Shown here: piece by piece, positions 62,046 through 64,000 of the stretch | Position numbering within the stretch: position 1 is the first letter of the stretch | Layout of the letters: each line of letters begins with the position of its first letter | NCBI GenBank assembly: GCA_964421565.1 | Contig: CAYQXJ010000002.1 | Span: forward strand, 193,793 to 257,792 | Length of the DNA stretch: 64,000 nucleotides | Direction of reading: 5' to 3' | Source of the DNA: an uncultured candidatus Brocadiaceae bacterium | GTDB taxonomy: Bacteria; Planctomycetota; Brocadiia; SM23-32 | Made by a program: the position numbers and the translations under genes | Notes under the pieces: model-generated | Seen by the model: only the letters and a program-made list of their open reading frames with translations | The model's database searches: none | Told to the model about the DNA's origin: nothing

Positions 62046-63644
62046 TCAGGGGCTGGTCGGAGCGGTCAGCGGCGCTGCAGGTTGGGCGGGCGCCGATACG
62101 GGCGCCGCCGGGGCAGAAACCAGCGGGAGCATCTGCGCCGCCCTCAGCGCGCCATAGTGCCTGCGGGGCGGCGGCAGGTCGCGCCAGATGGCGAGCGCGG
62201 CATCCGAGCGTGCCTGTGCCGCCAGCGAGTCCGCCAGCAGCACGCGGACCGTCAGTTGCCACGTCCCGGCGGGGTAGTCCTCCAGATACTGCGTGAGCAA
62301 CTGCTCTGCACGCTCGTAATCGCCCGTTTCGTGGGCATTCGCGGCGCGGACGAAGAGCAGGTTCTGCAGAGCATCGGCGACGATCCGGCGCGTTTCAGCG
62401 ACCTCCGTATCGTCGGCCGCCTGCTCCAGTTGGACGGCCGCGTCGAGCGCGGCCTCCTCCACGCCCGGACCGGGCGCCATGAGCAGCAACTCGAACAGCG
62501 AACCCACCGTCGCGATCGGCTGGTGCTGCTTCTGCAGGTTCTCCAGGTGAGCGGGCTCCTGCAGGCTCATGTGTGTCTGCACCGGCAGGGCCCAGATGGG
62601 GTCGGGCTCCCCGTCCGGCAGCAGGTCGGCCAGCAGGCACACGTGGGGGTGCTGCGGGAGGACGGCGAGCAGCTTCTCGAGGCCGAGAGCCGGTGGGAAG
62701 ATCATGAACGGGTGGACCGCCACCCGTGCCGTGACGGCATCTGGTGAAAGGCCGTCGTAGGGCTCGGCGACCCCGGCCTCGGCCGGCAGGTCGCGCAGGG
62801 CCAGCAGGGCGCCGTTAGTGTCCGTCACCGGCACTCCGCGGTAGGGGTCGACGAGGAAGGGAGGCGTATCGGCCGGGGTCACTTCCACGAGTATAGCCTC
62901 TGTTCCGTCGACGTCCGGGCCGATCACCACCCGGCAGGGCAGGTCGGCCTGCAGGGCCAGTTCTGCGTAAGTCCATGCAAGCTGCGGCGCGGAGCCGTAG
63001 CGCCGCCAGAGCACCAGTTCGGGCCCGACGGCGAGGCCGGCCTCGTCGCCCGGCCGCATATGCAGGGCGAACCAGCGGCAGAGCAGCAGCGCCTTCTGCC
63101 GCTGGGATTCGGTGCCTGCGGTGAGCCTTTGGGCGACGCGCCAGAGCCAGCCGCGCGTGCGCAGGAAGTCCACGTCCGGCGTGCCCAGCAGGGCCCGGCT
63201 CTCGCCCCGCAATGCCTCTTCCAGCGAGCCGCCGAGGGCACGGAGGACCTCCAGGTTTCGCGCATCCGCCGGCGGCAGGGCGCGGGCGTCGGTCAGTTGG
63301 CGGAAACGCTTCATAGCCATGTCGAGCCGCCCTCCCGCGTAGGCCAACGGCACTGAGAGCCAGGCGGCCTGCAGGTTCTCCGGCGCCATTTCCTGCAGCC
63401 GGCTCCAGCGCATTTCCGCTCTGATCAGGTCCATCTGCTGAAGCGCCTGGTGCAGCGCGGCGATGTTCTGCTGAATCTCGCGGCGCTCTTGCGCCTCTTC
63501 GTTTTTCCTGTGCAGGTATGCCAGGGCGGCGATGAATGCGAGCAGAAACAGCAGGGCCAGCAGGCCGAGCAGTCGGATCTTGCGGCCCCTGCTCACCGCG
63601 CCGGCGTCAGGCTCTGGCGTCGTGTTCTGATTTCTGTCGGTCAC
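62046..63644 (-). CDS. Hypothetical membrane-anchored protein, possibly transglutaminase-like
   Basis: N-terminal TM (LLGLLALLFLLAFIAALAYL). LLCRWFALHMR resembles the transglutaminase-core Cys motif C-R-D-F-A. It lies between the ftsH 3' end and tilS. Weak call. Confidence 0.4.
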   Translation of the reverse strand: MTDRNQNTTPEPDAGAVSRGRKIRLLGLLALLFLLAFIAALAYLHRKNEEAQERREIQQNIAALHQALQQMDLIRAEMRWSRLQEMAPENLQAAWLSVPLAYAGGRLDMAMKRFRQLTDARALPPADARNLEVLRALGGSLEEALRGESRALLGTPDVDFLRTRGWLWRVAQRLTAGTESQRQKALLLCRWFALHMRPGDEAGLAVGPELVLWRRYGSAPQLAWTYAELALQADLPCRVVIGPDVDGTEAILVEVTPADTPPFLVDPYRGVPVTDTNGALLALRDLPAEAGVAEPYDGLSPDAVTARVAVHPFMIFPPALGLEKLLAVLPQHPHVCLLADLLPDGEPDPIWALPVQTHMSLQEPAHLENLQKQHQPIATVGSLFELLLMAPGPGVEEAALDAAVQLEQAADDTEVAETRRIVADALQNLLFVRAANAHETGDYERAEQLLTQYLEDYPAGTWQLTVRVLLADSLAAQARSDAALAIWRDLPPPRRHYGALRAAQMLPLVSAPAAPVSAPAQPAAPLTAPTSP

Positions 63645-63707
63645 CTGATCCGCCTCACGAGCCGTTGGGGGTTGGTCCGACTATCTTCATCTTTTGGGTG
63701 AGTCCTT

Positions 63708-64000
63708 CTACGCATCCGCCGGGTCCTGTCCGGTGGCGACCACGTCTCCTTCGGCCATGGGTTCCTCACCGGTGCCGATGCTGGGCTCGCGCACCTCGAT
63801 GTCGTGCCGGGCCAGCAGTCCGCGCAGTTCGTCCTCCTCGACGACCTCCTTCTCCTTCAGCAAGGACGCCAGCGCCTCCAGCGCGCCCTTATGTCCGGCC
63901 AGCAGGCGGCTGGCGCGCTCGTGCGCGCTCTGCACCAGGGAGCGGACCGCATCGTCTATCTGCAGCATCGTCCGTTCGCTCCATTCGCGTCGCGCCGGAA
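63708..64000 (-). CDS. ftsH: ATP-dependent zinc metalloprotease FtsH, C-terminal fragment only (the gene starts beyond the window end)
   Basis: ...ERTMLQIDDAVRSLVQSAHERASRLLAGHKGALEALASLLKEKEVVEEDELRGLL matches the FtsH C-terminal helical region (compare E. coli [49 protein letters not shown]). The frame stays open upstream of the listed Met to the window edge. Confidence 0.7.
   Translation of the reverse strand, partial: PARREWSERTMLQIDDAVRSLVQSAHERASRLLAGHKGALEALASLLKEKEVVEEDELRGLLARHDIEVREPSIGTGEEPMAEGDVVATGQDPADA

Overview
This is a 64-kb chromosomal segment with high GC (roughly 65-70%) and dense coding. The most likely source is Planctomycetota, or a related PVC lineage. The evidence is three tandem DUF1559-type prepilin-like paralogs, each with the N-terminal '[28 protein letters not shown]' helix and a C-terminal H-X9-DG motif. 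From start to end the content is as follows. (1) A division/cell-wall block on the minus strand: mraZ-rsmH-ftsL-ftsI-murE-murF, with murF running off the window start, and a divergent ruvX. (2) ROK glucokinase and miaA. (3) A T2SS/T4P-like envelope machine cluster on the plus strand: a PilM-PilN fusion (GspL-like), a PilO/GspM-like gene, two hypothetical genes, a large coiled-coil lipoprotein, a giant secretin with glycine-rich linkers and a small membrane ORF. (4) Housekeeping and envelope genes: sppA, prfA, rpmE, a Fur-family regulator, cstA, degP, an M42 peptidase, a P-loop kinase, Gfo/Idh/MocA oxidoreductases, tmk, a UxaC-like gene, a UPF0210 gene with a tandem-ACT partner, and gpsA. (5) Three tandem DUF1559 H-X9-DG prepilin-like genes, each with its own consensus sigma70 promoter, a leader of about 150 nt and a terminator. 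The first two copies share a 293-bp perfect direct repeat. (6) A spermidine-synthase membrane/TPR fusion. (7) A carbohydrate cluster: GH130, GH78, three Gfo/Idh/MocA oxidoreductases, a PdxB-like dehydrogenase and a LarA-like gene. (8) A minus-strand operon: ftsH C-terminus, a hypothetical gene, tilS, an AsmA-like giant protein and an 857-aa membrane-anchored protein. I recognise no rRNA, tRNA, CRISPR or transposase. Several long ORFs in the six-frame track are antisense artefacts of high GC, and several listed ORFs begin upstream of the true start. The track also calls TTG and GTG as start codons.
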